53,598 bases of DNA from Planctomycetota bacterium. GTDB lineage: Bacteria > Planctomycetota > GCA-002687715 > DRQF01. Numbering within the stretch: the first letter of the stretch is position 1; each line of letters begins with the position of its first letter. The DNA lies in NCBI GenBank assembly GCA_036479435.1, contig JAZGFI010000093.1, positions 1 to 53,598 of the forward strand, written 5' to 3'. A program made the translations under genes and the position numbers. A model generated the notes under the pieces. That model was not told where the DNA came from and made no database searches. It saw only the letters and a list, made by a program, of their open reading frames with translations. Shown here one piece after another: positions 21,395-31,476 of this stretch.

Positions 21395-23128
21395 CTAAAA
21401 ACCCGCCGCCTGGCCGTCCTTTCGCATCTCTGAGGCTCCGCGGTACACCTTGTTGACAGCATCCCAACGAATAGCCTGATAACCACCAAAACCGCCCTTG
21501 GTGCGCCGAACTCGGTGCCCCAGGCTACTCAACTGGACGGCCACGGCGTCCGATATCCCACTCTCAAGCGACAAGATCCCACCGTCGCTCATGACGATGC
21601 CCGTAGGCTGGCTACTTCCCTCGTGCCGATAGCGGGCGGCATCACCGGCTTCTTGCACATTGAGCCCAAAATCGATCAGGTTGCAGACCACTTGAACGTG
21701 CCCCTGCGGTTGCATGGCACCTCCCATCAGGCCGAAGGACATCCAAGGTTGGCCATCCTTGGTGATGAAGGCCGGGATGATGGTGTGGAAGGGTCGTTTC
21801 CCCGGCGCGTAGACGTTGGCGTGGGACGAGTTGAGGGCAAACAAGGCCCCGCGATCCTGCAGAATGAACCCCAGGCCATCTGGCACCAAACCACTGCCCA
21901 TGCCGACGTAGTTACTTTGAATCAGAGACACCATGTTCCCCTCGGCATCGGCGGTCGTCAGGTAGATCGTATCGCCGCGATCTAGCCTCGGCTCACCAGC
22001 ATCCACCACACGCGCCACCTGCCGACGATTGATCAAACGGCGCCGTGTCGCGGCGTAGGATTTTGACAGCAGGCCCGCGAGAGGAACCTTCGAGAATTCG
22101 GGGTCGGCGTAGAATTTCGCCCGATCTGCAAACGCGAGTTTCTTCGCCTCGGTCATCAAATGCAGATAGGCCGCCGAGTTGCGCCCGATCTTTTTAAGGT
22201 CATAGCCTTCGAGAATGTTCAGCATCTGCAAGGCGGCGATCCCTTGCCCGTTCGGCGGCAGCTCCCAGATATCGTAGCCGCGATAGTTCACCGACTGGGG
22301 CTCGACCCAGGTGCTGGTGTGGGCCTCAAGGTCTGACTTTCGGATCGCGCAACCAACTCGTTTGCAATAAGCGTCGATGACCTCCGCCAAACTCCCTCGG
22401 TAAAAGGCGTCGCGGCCTTCTTCGCCGAGAATCGTGTAGGTCCTCGCGAGATCCGGGTTCTTAAAGATCTCCCCCGCCTTCGGCGCGCGACCATCGATGA
22501 GATAGGTCTTTTTGAAGTTCTTAACTTCGGTCAAATCGCGACTTCGTGGAAACCGCCGTGCCGAAATCGACCAGTAGTAAGCGATGAGTTGAGTGAGCGG
22601 AAAACCCCGCTGCGCATAGCTCACCGCCGGGGCCAAGATCTCCTTCATCGGCAGCTTGCCGAACTTGCCGTGAAGCTCGAACCAACCATCAACCGCCCCC
22701 GGCACACTGACGGGCAAGGGCCCATGCACGGGAATTTCTTTGCGCCCGCCGAGCCGTTTCTTGAGTTCTTCGAGTGACATGCCGCGCGGCGATCGGCCAC
22801 TAGCATTCAAGCCGTAGAGTTTTTTGGTCTTGGCATCCCACACGATGGCAAAAAGATCACCGCCGATGCCCGAGCCCGTGGGCTCAACCAGCCCGAGCAC
22901 CGCGTTGGCCGCGATGGCCGCATCCACCGCTGTGCCACCCTTCTTCAAGATATCCAGCCCCACCTGTGTTGCGAGAGGCTGGCTCGTGGCCACCATTCCC
23001 TCCGTCGCCAAAACCGGGCTGCGCGTCGCGAAGGGCCTTCCGACGAGGCGATCGCCGCCTTGTTGGGAATAGAGTTCAGGCTGCAACAAGAGGCCAAGAG
23101 TCGCGACAACTAAGAGATGAAGACGCAT
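21395..23128 (-). CDS. ggt: Gamma-glutamyltransferase (secreted)
   Basis: GGTAVDAAIA, GIGGDLF, ELPPNGQG, Thr nucleophile in GDTIYLT, KRPFHTIIP, GGAMQPQGH. Start set at ATG 23128. Confidence 0.95.
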   Translation of the reverse strand: MRLHLLVVATLGLLLQPELYSQQGGDRLVGRPFATRSPVLATEGMVATSQPLATQVGLDILKKGGTAVDAAIAANAVLGLVEPTGSGIGGDLFAIVWDAKTKKLYGLNASGRSPRGMSLEELKKRLGGRKEIPVHGPLPVSVPGAVDGWFELHGKFGKLPMKEILAPAVSYAQRGFPLTQLIAYYWSISARRFPRSRDLTEVKNFKKTYLIDGRAPKAGEIFKNPDLARTYTILGEEGRDAFYRGSLAEVIDAYCKRVGCAIRKSDLEAHTSTWVEPQSVNYRGYDIWELPPNGQGIAALQMLNILEGYDLKKIGRNSAAYLHLMTEAKKLAFADRAKFYADPEFSKVPLAGLLSKSYAATRRRLINRRQVARVVDAGEPRLDRGDTIYLTTADAEGNMVSLIQSNYVGMGSGLVPDGLGFILQDRGALFALNSSHANVYAPGKRPFHTIIPAFITKDGQPWMSFGLMGGAMQPQGHVQVVCNLIDFGLNVQEAGDAARYRHEGSSQPTGIVMSDGGILSLESGISDAVAVQLSSLGHRVRRTKGGFGGYQAIRWDAVNKVYRGASEMRKDGQAAGF

Positions 23129-23298
23129 GACGGGTTCCTTTGAGGCTTTTGGCGGGGGCGCCGAGGGAAGGGAAAGGGTGGTGACCGTGGTCTGATCCAA
23201 GTGATCAGGGTCTGCCGAGAGCTTGACGGTCACTTGAAATGGGGGCGCTGTCAACCTCAACCGCAGCCCCGGCTTCGCTTTGGGCCCAGAATGTAAGA

Positions 23299-23331
23299 AA
23301 GCCCCAACTCCGCCGCTGGGAGTTGGGGCTT
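23299..23331 (-). terminator. Intrinsic terminator downstream of the Ca-binding protein gene
   Basis: 13-bp stem AAGCCCCAACTCC / GGAGTTGGGGCTT followed by a T-rich tract on the minus strand. Confidence 0.75.
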
Positions 23332-23381
23332 AAGTGTCGCGAAGAGAGGGCCTCGCGACGTCGGCAAATATCTGAAGGTCA

Positions 23382-24377
23382 CTATTGGATGATGAATTGA
23401 ACCGCGAAGGGTAGCGATGATATCGCGATGGGCGTCGGGGGTGACGTGCGGAGGTCAAAGGCCACGATGGCGCCACCATTGGGATCGGTGCAAACGAGGT
23501 ACTCGACATCCTTGAGGTGAAGGGTCACGCGAAGACCATTGTCGGTGTTCTGGACACCGTTTACGAAGGCGTTATTGATGCCGCGGATGAAGAACTGGAC
23601 GAGGTGGTCCACGCCGATGTTGCTCAAGTCCGCCGCAGCGCTGGCGCTCGTTGAGTCATCGATGACATTGCAAAATCCTGGCGAGTTCGTCACATCAACC
23701 ATCGGAAGCCCGAAGAAATCGAGGAACACGTCTCCGGCCAACTGATCGTTGCTCACGCCAAAACTGGGATTGCCACTGCCGTCGTCTTCTCCGATGAGCC
23801 CAAAAATGATGGTATCTTCTCCGGGGCCGCCGTCGAAGCGGTCGGAGCCATCGCCCGGCGCCCAGATGAAGACGTCATCTCCAAAACCACCGAAGGCCTT
23901 GTCACGATTGTTGGGATTGAAATGCTCGGGCCCGCCGATTAGAAAGTCGATGTTGCCCCCGCCGACGAGGATATCTTCGCCCAAGCGGCCGACCAGGACC
24001 GAAGTCTGGTGCGAAAAACCGAGCAGTAAGTCGTGAAACTGCATGGTTTGGTCACGACCTCCACCCGAAAGCTCCGAAAGCTGCGGTTGGACGAAGGGGT
24101 TGAGCGCACTATTGGTGTCCCGCCCGATGAATGCTGGAAAGAGAGTACCCGCAGACGCCTTTTTTCCAGATGCCACCGTTGCCGTCGACATCGACACCGA
24201 TGCCGCCCCCATCAGCGCTGAGAGGGAACTCCCGCTGGTCATGGGACTAGCTTCCGCCACTGCGGACTTCGCGGGGAACGTTGCGATAGTAGGGCCACTT
24301 CCCGAGGGGATTGTAGCGACCGCAATCGCCGCCAAACCGATGGAGGTCAATGTCGAGAAAGTCTTGAGGCTAATCAT
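23382..24377 (-). CDS. Secreted protein with hemolysin/RTX-like Ca-binding glycine-aspartate repeats
   Basis: Signal peptide; GRLGEDILVGGGNIDFLIGG, GGFGDDVF and DGGPGEDTI repeats; SD GGAG upstream. Confidence 0.7.
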   Translation of the reverse strand: MISLKTFSTLTSIGLAAIAVATIPSGSGPTIATFPAKSAVAEASPMTSGSSLSALMGAASVSMSTATVASGKKASAGTLFPAFIGRDTNSALNPFVQPQLSELSGGGRDQTMQFHDLLLGFSHQTSVLVGRLGEDILVGGGNIDFLIGGPEHFNPNNRDKAFGGFGDDVFIWAPGDGSDRFDGGPGEDTIIFGLIGEDDGSGNPSFGVSNDQLAGDVFLDFFGLPMVDVTNSPGFCNVIDDSTSASAAADLSNIGVDHLVQFFIRGINNAFVNGVQNTDNGLRVTLHLKDVEYLVCTDPNGGAIVAFDLRTSPPTPIAISSLPFAVQFIIQ

Positions 24378-24562
24378 GAGTTAAGCTCCTTATTGCTTCT
24401 TGGTCGCGCCTCGTTGCCGTCGTGACAGAGCGAAGGGCTATGCCGCGCGTCTTGGCGCTTCGAGAAGGAAGTTAGAGTTTCTCGAACCCGATATCATGAG
24501 ATAGAAGTTAGATTGCGGTCATGTTGAAGTAAACGCCACAACTGGAAATTTGACATACACTT

Positions 24563-27500
24563 ATGACGCCCACTTCACGACCAAGGCAGCTGCGCTTCGC
24601 GGAATTTCGCCTCGATCTCGCCAACGAGATGTTGACGGCGCATGACGATCCGCGGCCTCTGACTCCGAAGGCCTTCAATGTCCTGCTGTTTTTGATCGAA
24701 AACGGCGGCATTCTCGTGACAAAGCAGATGTTGCTTGAGGCCATATGGCCCGACACCATCGTTGGTGACGCTGTCCTAAAAGTCATCGTAAGGGAGATCC
24801 GCAAGAAACTGGGTGATAACAGCCGTGATCCCCGGTTCATCCAGACGGTACATCGCCGCGGCTACCGCTTCATTCATGCCGTGGAAGAGACTTCGAACGC
24901 GCCCAAGCCGCCTAAGACAAGCGAGAGGCTCAGGCCGCCACCCACGCCGTTTCCAAGGAACCCAATGGCCACGTTGACCAGCGAAGCTCGGCCAGAGCAA
25001 CTCGTCGGCCGCAGTGAGGTTCTGCAGAATCTTCGAGAGAGTTTCTTTCTAAGTCTGCCCGCTAAAAGTCCGGCCTTCGTCTTTCTGACTGGCAACACCG
25101 GTATGGGCAAGTCGGCCGCCCTCAACTACTTTCTGGGCTCCGTTTCTGCGAACTGGAAGTACTGCCTGCTCATGCGAGCCAACTGTGTCGAACATTCGGG
25201 GGAAGCTGAGGGACTAACTCCCATCCTAGAGGCTATTGGGAACACCTGCTACCAGGCAGAAGACTCAACATGGCGAGATCTGCTTGCACGTTACGCCCCT
25301 AGTTGCTTGGTTCGCCTTGCGAGCCTATCCGAAGAGCATGACCGAGAGCAGCTGCGACTGGATGCGATGGGAAACTCCGCGACACGACTATTACGAGAAA
25401 CAGCCGATTGGATTGAGGCCTGTTCAAGACGTCGTCCCGTAGTCCTCACGATCGAGGATATCCACTGGGCTGATCCCTTGACCATTGACTTGTTGTCGCT
25501 TCTTGCCAAACGTCGCTCAGCGGCGCTATTTGTCGTAGCGACCTGGCGTCCGGAGGATCTTTCACCCGACGTCCAGCGCCGGCTCCGAGAGTTTGTCGCA
25601 ACGGGCCAGGCCCGAGAATTGGCATTGCCTCTTCTGACGGTTGGCCAGATTGCCACTTACTTGTCGCAACGATTCAAAAGTTCAAAGGCCGATAGTGGAG
25701 ACCTAGCGCGATTCGTGCACGCCAAGACCGAAGGACAACCCCTATTTGCTGTCAACTTGGTGGATGAACTCCAGCAAGGAGGGCACATCTCACCTTTGAA
25801 CATCAAGATCGCATCTTCGAGCCTCGATGCCCTCTCGGAGTTCGTCCCCGCCAACGTCGAGCAGATGATCCATGCAAGGCTTCAGACCATTAGCCCTCAG
25901 CACCGGCACTTGCTTGAGGCGGCAAGTGTGGCTGCCGTTGGCGATTCGAAATTTTCAACTCTATCGGTAGCCGCCGCACTAGGCGAAACCGCTGGCGACT
26001 TGGAAGACGTTTTTGAAGAAATTTGGCGTACAGGACGCTTCATCTTTCAGGGGGAAACCCTTCTATTCGCGGACGGAATCATCTCGCAGAGCTACACCTT
26101 TACACACTCTTTGTACCGCCAAGTTCTCTACTCCACGATGACCAAAAGTCGGCGCCTGCGATATCACCTACGTATTATCAGTAGCGGCAAGGAGCTGTTT
26201 TCCGATCGTCGAGATGAAATCGCTCACGAAATCGCAAGGCACTACGAGTACGGCGGCGATCTCGAGCGCGCCTGCAGCGCCTGGCAACATGCCGGAGTCG
26301 TCGCCGCAACCGAGTCTCGCGCCATCGATGCCGAACGATTCTTTTCACGCTCACTACAGTGCGGAAAAACAGCAACTCTCGAATTTCGCTTGAGTCTCTT
26401 TGAATCCCGGGGGCTCGCCCGGCGCAGTCTTGGCAAGACCAAATCGGCTGAGCAAGACTTCCTCGAGATGGCGGAGCTTGCGCGCCAAGTGAACGATCGC
26501 TCCCGTGAAGTCGAGGCTCTATTGTATTTGAGCAATGTCCGCTTTTGGATCGACACGAATCTCGCATTGCAGACCGCCTCTGATGCGGTCAAGTTGGCGT
26601 CAAGGGACCAACCCTCGCTCTTGCTCGCCCATGGCCTTGGCTATTGGTCGCACCTTCGCCTCAATCTTCTCGAATTTGATCCAGTTCTGGCCCGCGACTG
26701 CGACCTTGCCGTCAAAGCTTGCCGCCAGTCCCAAGATGAAGTGCGGCTTGGTTTTCATTTGACCCGTAAGATTTGGCTCGATTGCCTGCGTTCAAATTAC
26801 TCAGACGCTGCAACCGCCGCAGTCGAGGCTGCGGCTCTCAACCGCAAACTCGGCAACACTTTTGACTACATGCTCACTCTTTTTTGGTGGTCATGGGCAA
26901 CCTTGCACCGCGGCAATTGGGGAGAAGCCCTCGAAAAGATCAACGATGGCCTCCAAATGGCGGACCGCAACGCCCACGCCCATTGGGTCTGTCTATTTGG
27001 TGTGCTGCGCGCACAGGTGTTGGTGGAGATTGGGATGTCGGAAGAAGCCCTCGAACTTTGCGCGGCGGCAAGTGCACTGTCTAGGAGTGCAGCGCAAACC
27101 AAAGGGCAATTGGGATGGCACGCAAGCATTGTTGGCGCACAAGCCTGTCTGGCACTCAACGCGCCAGAGAAAGCCTGGAATCAAATTTGCGAATTGGACA
27201 AGGAACTCCTGCAGCCAAGTGCGCAGTTAGACACAATCCTGCGACTACCCCAAGAAGAAATCCGCGCTCGAACACTCCTCGCACTAGGACGGGACGCCGA
27301 AGCGGCCGAGGCAGCGACGAGCTTGCGGTCTTTCGCCGAAACTTGCGGCGAACATTCATATGCCGCACGGGCATCGCTGTGTCTCGCCTCGGTAGCCCTT
27401 GAGCAAGAACAGATAGAGATCGCCAAGGCCGAGCTTGCTGCCGCAGCCCTGTCGTTGAAAGACGGTGATTCAGCGTGGTTTACCGACCTGCAAATTCAGC

Positions 27501-27661
27501 ACTGTCGGAAAAAACTGAGCGAGAAAACGGAAAAGCCTGCTGCATCCACGGCATCCAACTCAAATTCTGATGAAGCCTTCGAGATCTTAGCGCGCTCTTT
27601 GGATGCCTGGCCTCATTTTCAGGACACGTGGCTCCAATCTCCGTTCAAAGCCGGCGAATGA
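24563..27661 (+). CDS. OmpR/CadC-type winged-helix + STAND (AAA_16-like) NTPase + TPR transcriptional regulator
   Basis: wHTH LTPKAFNVL...IQTVHRRGYRF; Walker A GNTGMGKS; Walker B IEDIHWAD; TEGQPLF; helical-repeat C-terminus. Confidence 0.85.
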   Translation: MTPTSRPRQLRFAEFRLDLANEMLTAHDDPRPLTPKAFNVLLFLIENGGILVTKQMLLEAIWPDTIVGDAVLKVIVREIRKKLGDNSRDPRFIQTVHRRGYRFIHAVEETSNAPKPPKTSERLRPPPTPFPRNPMATLTSEARPEQLVGRSEVLQNLRESFFLSLPAKSPAFVFLTGNTGMGKSAALNYFLGSVSANWKYCLLMRANCVEHSGEAEGLTPILEAIGNTCYQAEDSTWRDLLARYAPSCLVRLASLSEEHDREQLRLDAMGNSATRLLRETADWIEACSRRRPVVLTIEDIHWADPLTIDLLSLLAKRRSAALFVVATWRPEDLSPDVQRRLREFVATGQARELALPLLTVGQIATYLSQRFKSSKADSGDLARFVHAKTEGQPLFAVNLVDELQQGGHISPLNIKIASSSLDALSEFVPANVEQMIHARLQTISPQHRHLLEAASVAAVGDSKFSTLSVAAALGETAGDLEDVFEEIWRTGRFIFQGETLLFADGIISQSYTFTHSLYRQVLYSTMTKSRRLRYHLRIISSGKELFSDRRDEIAHEIARHYEYGGDLERACSAWQHAGVVAATESRAIDAERFFSRSLQCGKTATLEFRLSLFESRGLARRSLGKTKSAEQDFLEMAELARQVNDRSREVEALLYLSNVRFWIDTNLALQTASDAVKLASRDQPSLLLAHGLGYWSHLRLNLLEFDPVLARDCDLAVKACRQSQDEVRLGFHLTRKIWLDCLRSNYSDAATAAVEAAALNRKLGNTFDYMLTLFWWSWATLHRGNWGEALEKINDGLQMADRNAHAHWVCLFGVLRAQVLVEIGMSEEALELCAAASALSRSAAQTKGQLGWHASIVGAQACLALNAPEKAWNQICELDKELLQPSAQLDTILRLPQEEIRARTLLALGRDAEAAEAATSLRSFAETCGEHSYAARASLCLASVALEQEQIEIAKAELAAAALSLKDGDSAWFTDLQIQHCRKKLSEKTEKPAASTASNSNSDEAFEILARSLDAWPHFQDTWLQSPFKAGE

Positions 27662-28676
27662 GGGCGTCCGCAAATTCGCGAGTGCCCAGCTTGCCACCGA
27701 GATCACCGGTTTTTTCGCCGTCGGCGATCGCTTTGTCGTAGGCGCTTCGAATCTTGTCCGCACAGCCGTCGAGCGAGAGATCCTTGGTCGTGTCGCTCAT
27801 GTGCCGCAGCATCATGACCGCACTTTTGATCAGGGCTAAAGGATTCGCTTTGTTTTGACCCGCAATGTCCGGGGCCGAACCGTGGACGGCCTCGAACACA
27901 GCCCCCTTGTCGCCAAAGTTCGAGCCCGGTGAAACCCCAAGGCCACCAATGAGTCCGGCGCAAAGGTCGGAAACGATGTCGCCGTAGAAATTCGGGCAGA
28001 GCAAGATATCGTACTGACTGGGCTCTTGCACCAAACGCATGCAAGCCGCGTCAATGATGTGCTCGTCGTACTCGATTTCGGGGAATTCCGCGTCATGAAC
28101 GTTGCGAGCGCATTCGATGAAGAGGCCGTCGCCTTTCTTCATGATGTTCGCCTTGTGAAAGGCGGTGACTTTCTTGCGCCCCCGGTTTTTGGCGAGCTGA
28201 AAGGCAAAGCGTGCGATGCGCGTCGACGCTTTTTCCGTGACGATTTTAAGCGAAGTTACGACCCCAGGGGTGATGACGTTTTCGATGCCGCAGTAAAGGC
28301 CTTCGGTGTTCTCGCGGACGACGATCAAGTCGACGTCTTCATAGCGCGTCTTAACCCCGGACATCGAGCGTACGGGGCGAACCGCCCCGTACAAATCGAG
28401 AGTTTTCCGCAGGCGCACGTTGACGGAAACGAAACTCTTGCCGATCGGAGTCGTGCAGGGGCTCTTGAGCGCGACGCCGATTTCGGTGATGGTATCGACA
28501 GTTTCTTGGGGCAGAACGTCTTCGTGGCCGGCTTCAAGGGCGGCGATGCCGGCGTGGCACTCGACCCAATCGATGTCAGCACCACTGGCGGCGATAACGC
28601 CTTGGGTGGCTTCGGCGACTTCGGGGCCGATGCCGTCGCCAGGAATCAAGACGACCTTATGCTGCATGGGGATCAA
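27645..28676 (-). CDS. Isocitrate/isopropylmalate dehydrogenase family protein (NAD-dependent IDH-like)
   Basis: IPGDGIGPEV, RENTEGLY, HKANIMK, NFYGDIVSD, FEAVHGSAPDIAG. Confidence 0.9.
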   Translation of the reverse strand: MIPMQHKVVLIPGDGIGPEVAEATQGVIAASGADIDWVECHAGIAALEAGHEDVLPQETVDTITEIGVALKSPCTTPIGKSFVSVNVRLRKTLDLYGAVRPVRSMSGVKTRYEDVDLIVVRENTEGLYCGIENVITPGVVTSLKIVTEKASTRIARFAFQLAKNRGRKKVTAFHKANIMKKGDGLFIECARNVHDAEFPEIEYDEHIIDAACMRLVQEPSQYDILLCPNFYGDIVSDLCAGLIGGLGVSPGSNFGDKGAVFEAVHGSAPDIAGQNKANPLALIKSAVMMLRHMSDTTKDLSLDGCADKIRSAYDKAIADGEKTGDLGGKLGTREFADALIRRL

Positions 28677-28810
28677 TCCTCAATCTCGATATCTCGTCGG
28701 GCCGTCAACATAGCAAAGGCCTGAAAGCACGAAAGTGCGGTCATCGGCCATCATCAAGCCTGCCGGCGCGCAAGCGCCGGCGCAGATTCTCAACCTTGGA
28801 GCCAAAGCTG

Positions 28811-31420
28811 ATGCGTATCTGTTTACTGACGGCGATCTTCGGAATGTGGACTGCACTAGCTTTGGGACTGCGGGCTCAGGAAGAGGACCCGAAGCTGCAA
28901 GCGCTGGCATTCGAGAGTTGGGATTTGATGCTCGACGAGTCGGTGCTCCCCCCCTCGTTCGCGGGTGAAAATCCAAAGAAATGGAAATCCAGCTCCTTGT
29001 TCGACGCGGGACTTATCGACCTTGCGCAGCCGGCCCCAGCGAATCGCAGCAAAGCGCTTCCCCGCCGCGAAGGAGAAGTGCTTCAGATCGCAGCCAGTTC
29101 AGACTCGCGCGGCGCGCACTTTGTCGCGTTGCGCGCGGCCATTTATGCCGCGAAGTTTGTGGACACGAAGCTGGTCTTCAAGACGCACGCTGCCCTACGG
29201 GTCTTTGTGAACGGCAGCAAACTCGGCGAAAAAATGAATGAGGAGCCCGCATCCAGCGAGGCCGGCCGCTTGGAACTCGACATTCAATTGCCACAGGGAG
29301 ATCACCGAATCCAAGTATTCATAGTGCGCTCACCCGGCTCCAAGGGCGAGGCGACTTTTCGCGGGCACTTTGTGAATGGAGACGACTTGAGGCTTCGGGC
29401 CGTCGAAACCAAGGACGCCGCGCGCAAACTCGACATCCACGCCATGTTGCAGTCACCGTTGCTCAAGGGCCTATCGATTTCTCCCGACGGCCAGTGGTTT
29501 GCGACGACGCGCCTCAGTACCGCCGTCGCCGGACCGAAACAAACCAAGACTCTCGTCATCCGCCACATCGAGCACCACGATCGCTGCCAGACAATCCCGG
29601 GCGCAAGCCAGTTCGCCTGGCAGCCCAATCTTGAACCCGGGCCGACTCAACGCGGCGAGCGCCCTCGGTCCCCGAGATTCGCCTACACCACCACTCGAGA
29701 CAAAAAGACCACCTTGTGGCAAGGCCGCCCTTTGGAGGAGCCCACTCCGATCCTTCGCGACGACGAGAAACTTAGAGGATTTCGTTGGCAGCGTCGCAAC
29801 GACGCCCTCTTTTTGTTGACCAAGGGTGGATCGAAGAAACCCAAGTCCCGCGGCGTCAAGAAGTTTCGCGGGCTCAACGATCGAAGCCCTGCGAGTCGCA
29901 GCGTGAACGAGGTTCACTCGTATCGACTCCGCGACGGTAGACGCCTGCCGGTGGTGATCGCCAAGAGCAGTCTGACCATCCAAGACCTCAGTTGGGACGG
30001 CCGCCATCTCCTCTTCAGCCGGCCGGACCTGGACTACAGCAAACGACCCTTCTCACGCACGATTTTGTCTGAGTACGATCTCGACGCTGGCACTATCACC
30101 GAGCTCGCGCGTTGTGTTTGGTTCCGGGCCGCGTCCTATCGCCCGACCGGTGAGCACATCGAGATTCGCGCGGGTGCTTCAAGTTTCGGGGGCCGCGGTC
30201 GCAAACTCAAAGATGGGGTGCTCGCTAACGACTACGACGTTCAATTGTTCATGTTCGATCGCAAGACCTTGCAAGCCCTTGCGGTTAGCAAAGACTTCAG
30301 CCCGAGCATCGATGACGCGCAGTGGAACGCCGCCGATGGCGCTCTTTATCTCCGCGTCACGGAAGGCCCCTACCACCGACTTTTTCGCTATTTCGTCGCG
30401 GAGAGCCGCTACGAACGAGTTGATCTACCCTTCGACGCCCTTGAGACCTTCTCGCTCGCACAAAGGCCCTGGCGATTGGCGGCGATGGGCAGCTCGGCCC
30501 GAAAACCTCAACATGCCATCTGGCTCGAAACGGGGGGTAGGCCCAAGCCCTTACCTTCGCCCTACGCTGAGGCACTCAGGCGTCGTGTGATCGGCGCAGT
30601 GAAAGACCTCGATTTTGAGACTGAGAGTGGAACGACAATCCGGGGCCGCGTTCACTACCCACCCGAGTACGACGCAAGAAAGTCCTACCCCGCCATCGTC
30701 TATTACTACGGCGGCACCGTGCCGACCGATCGTTCTTTTGGCGGTCGTTACCCCAAAAACCTTTGGGCCGCGAAGGACTATCTCGTCTACGTTCTACAGC
30801 CCAGCGGTGCGATCGGCTTTGGCCAGGAATTCTCCGCCCGCCATGTCAACAACTGGGGGCGCACCGTGGTCGATGAGATCGTGGCGGGCACCAAGGCCTT
30901 TTTGTCCGCGCATACCAACGTCAACCCAAAACGCGTCGGTTGCATTGGCGCGTCCTACGGCGGATTCATGACGATGCTCCTCATGACCCAAACCGATCTT
31001 TTTGCGACGGGCATCTCCCACGCGGGGATTTCGTCGCTTTCGAGCTACTGGGGTGAGGGAAACTGGGGCTACCTCTACAGCGCGGTCGCCAATGCCAAGA
31101 GCTACCCTTGGAACGACCTCGATCTCTTCGCGGGACAAAGCGCGCTTTTTTCGGCCGACAAGTTCAGCGGCTCGCTCTTGCTCCTTCACGGCGCTGCCGA
31201 CACCAACGTTCCGAAGGGCGAAAGCGACCAGATGTACACCGCGCTGAAAATCCTCGGCAAGCGCGTCGAATACCTGCAATTCGAAGACGAAGATCACTGG
31301 ATCTTGCGAAACGACCGACGCACGCTTTGGATGAAGAGCATCATCGCTTGGTTTGATCGCGAGCTAAAACACGAGCCAGCCTACTGGGATGATCTCTACG
31401 CCGACGACAAAGCCCACTAA
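28811..31420 (+). CDS. Secreted S9 family peptidase with an extra N-terminal beta-sandwich domain
   Basis: Signal peptide; YYGG; nucleophile GASYGG; LLHGAADTNVP; His in EDHWI. Confidence 0.9.
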   Translation: MRICLLTAIFGMWTALALGLRAQEEDPKLQALAFESWDLMLDESVLPPSFAGENPKKWKSSSLFDAGLIDLAQPAPANRSKALPRREGEVLQIAASSDSRGAHFVALRAAIYAAKFVDTKLVFKTHAALRVFVNGSKLGEKMNEEPASSEAGRLELDIQLPQGDHRIQVFIVRSPGSKGEATFRGHFVNGDDLRLRAVETKDAARKLDIHAMLQSPLLKGLSISPDGQWFATTRLSTAVAGPKQTKTLVIRHIEHHDRCQTIPGASQFAWQPNLEPGPTQRGERPRSPRFAYTTTRDKKTTLWQGRPLEEPTPILRDDEKLRGFRWQRRNDALFLLTKGGSKKPKSRGVKKFRGLNDRSPASRSVNEVHSYRLRDGRRLPVVIAKSSLTIQDLSWDGRHLLFSRPDLDYSKRPFSRTILSEYDLDAGTITELARCVWFRAASYRPTGEHIEIRAGASSFGGRGRKLKDGVLANDYDVQLFMFDRKTLQALAVSKDFSPSIDDAQWNAADGALYLRVTEGPYHRLFRYFVAESRYERVDLPFDALETFSLAQRPWRLAAMGSSARKPQHAIWLETGGRPKPLPSPYAEALRRRVIGAVKDLDFETESGTTIRGRVHYPPEYDARKSYPAIVYYYGGTVPTDRSFGGRYPKNLWAAKDYLVYVLQPSGAIGFGQEFSARHVNNWGRTVVDEIVAGTKAFLSAHTNVNPKRVGCIGASYGGFMTMLLMTQTDLFATGISHAGISSLSSYWGEGNWGYLYSAVANAKSYPWNDLDLFAGQSALFSADKFSGSLLLLHGAADTNVPKGESDQMYTALKILGKRVEYLQFEDEDHWILRNDRRTLWMKSIIAWFDRELKHEPAYWDDLYADDKAH

Positions 31421-31476
31421 AGCCGTCACCTCGCGCACAGTTTTCGAGCATAATGGGCCCAAAGGGGAATGCTGAC

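Noticed and set aside
23382..24377. RTX toxin with type I secretion
   Set aside because: Few degenerate repeats, an N-terminal Sec-type signal peptide, and no T1SS genes nearby.
24563..27661. Avs-type antiphage STAND system
   Set aside because: The N-terminal domain is a DNA-binding wHTH, not a nuclease, protease or other effector; the architecture fits a transcription regulator.
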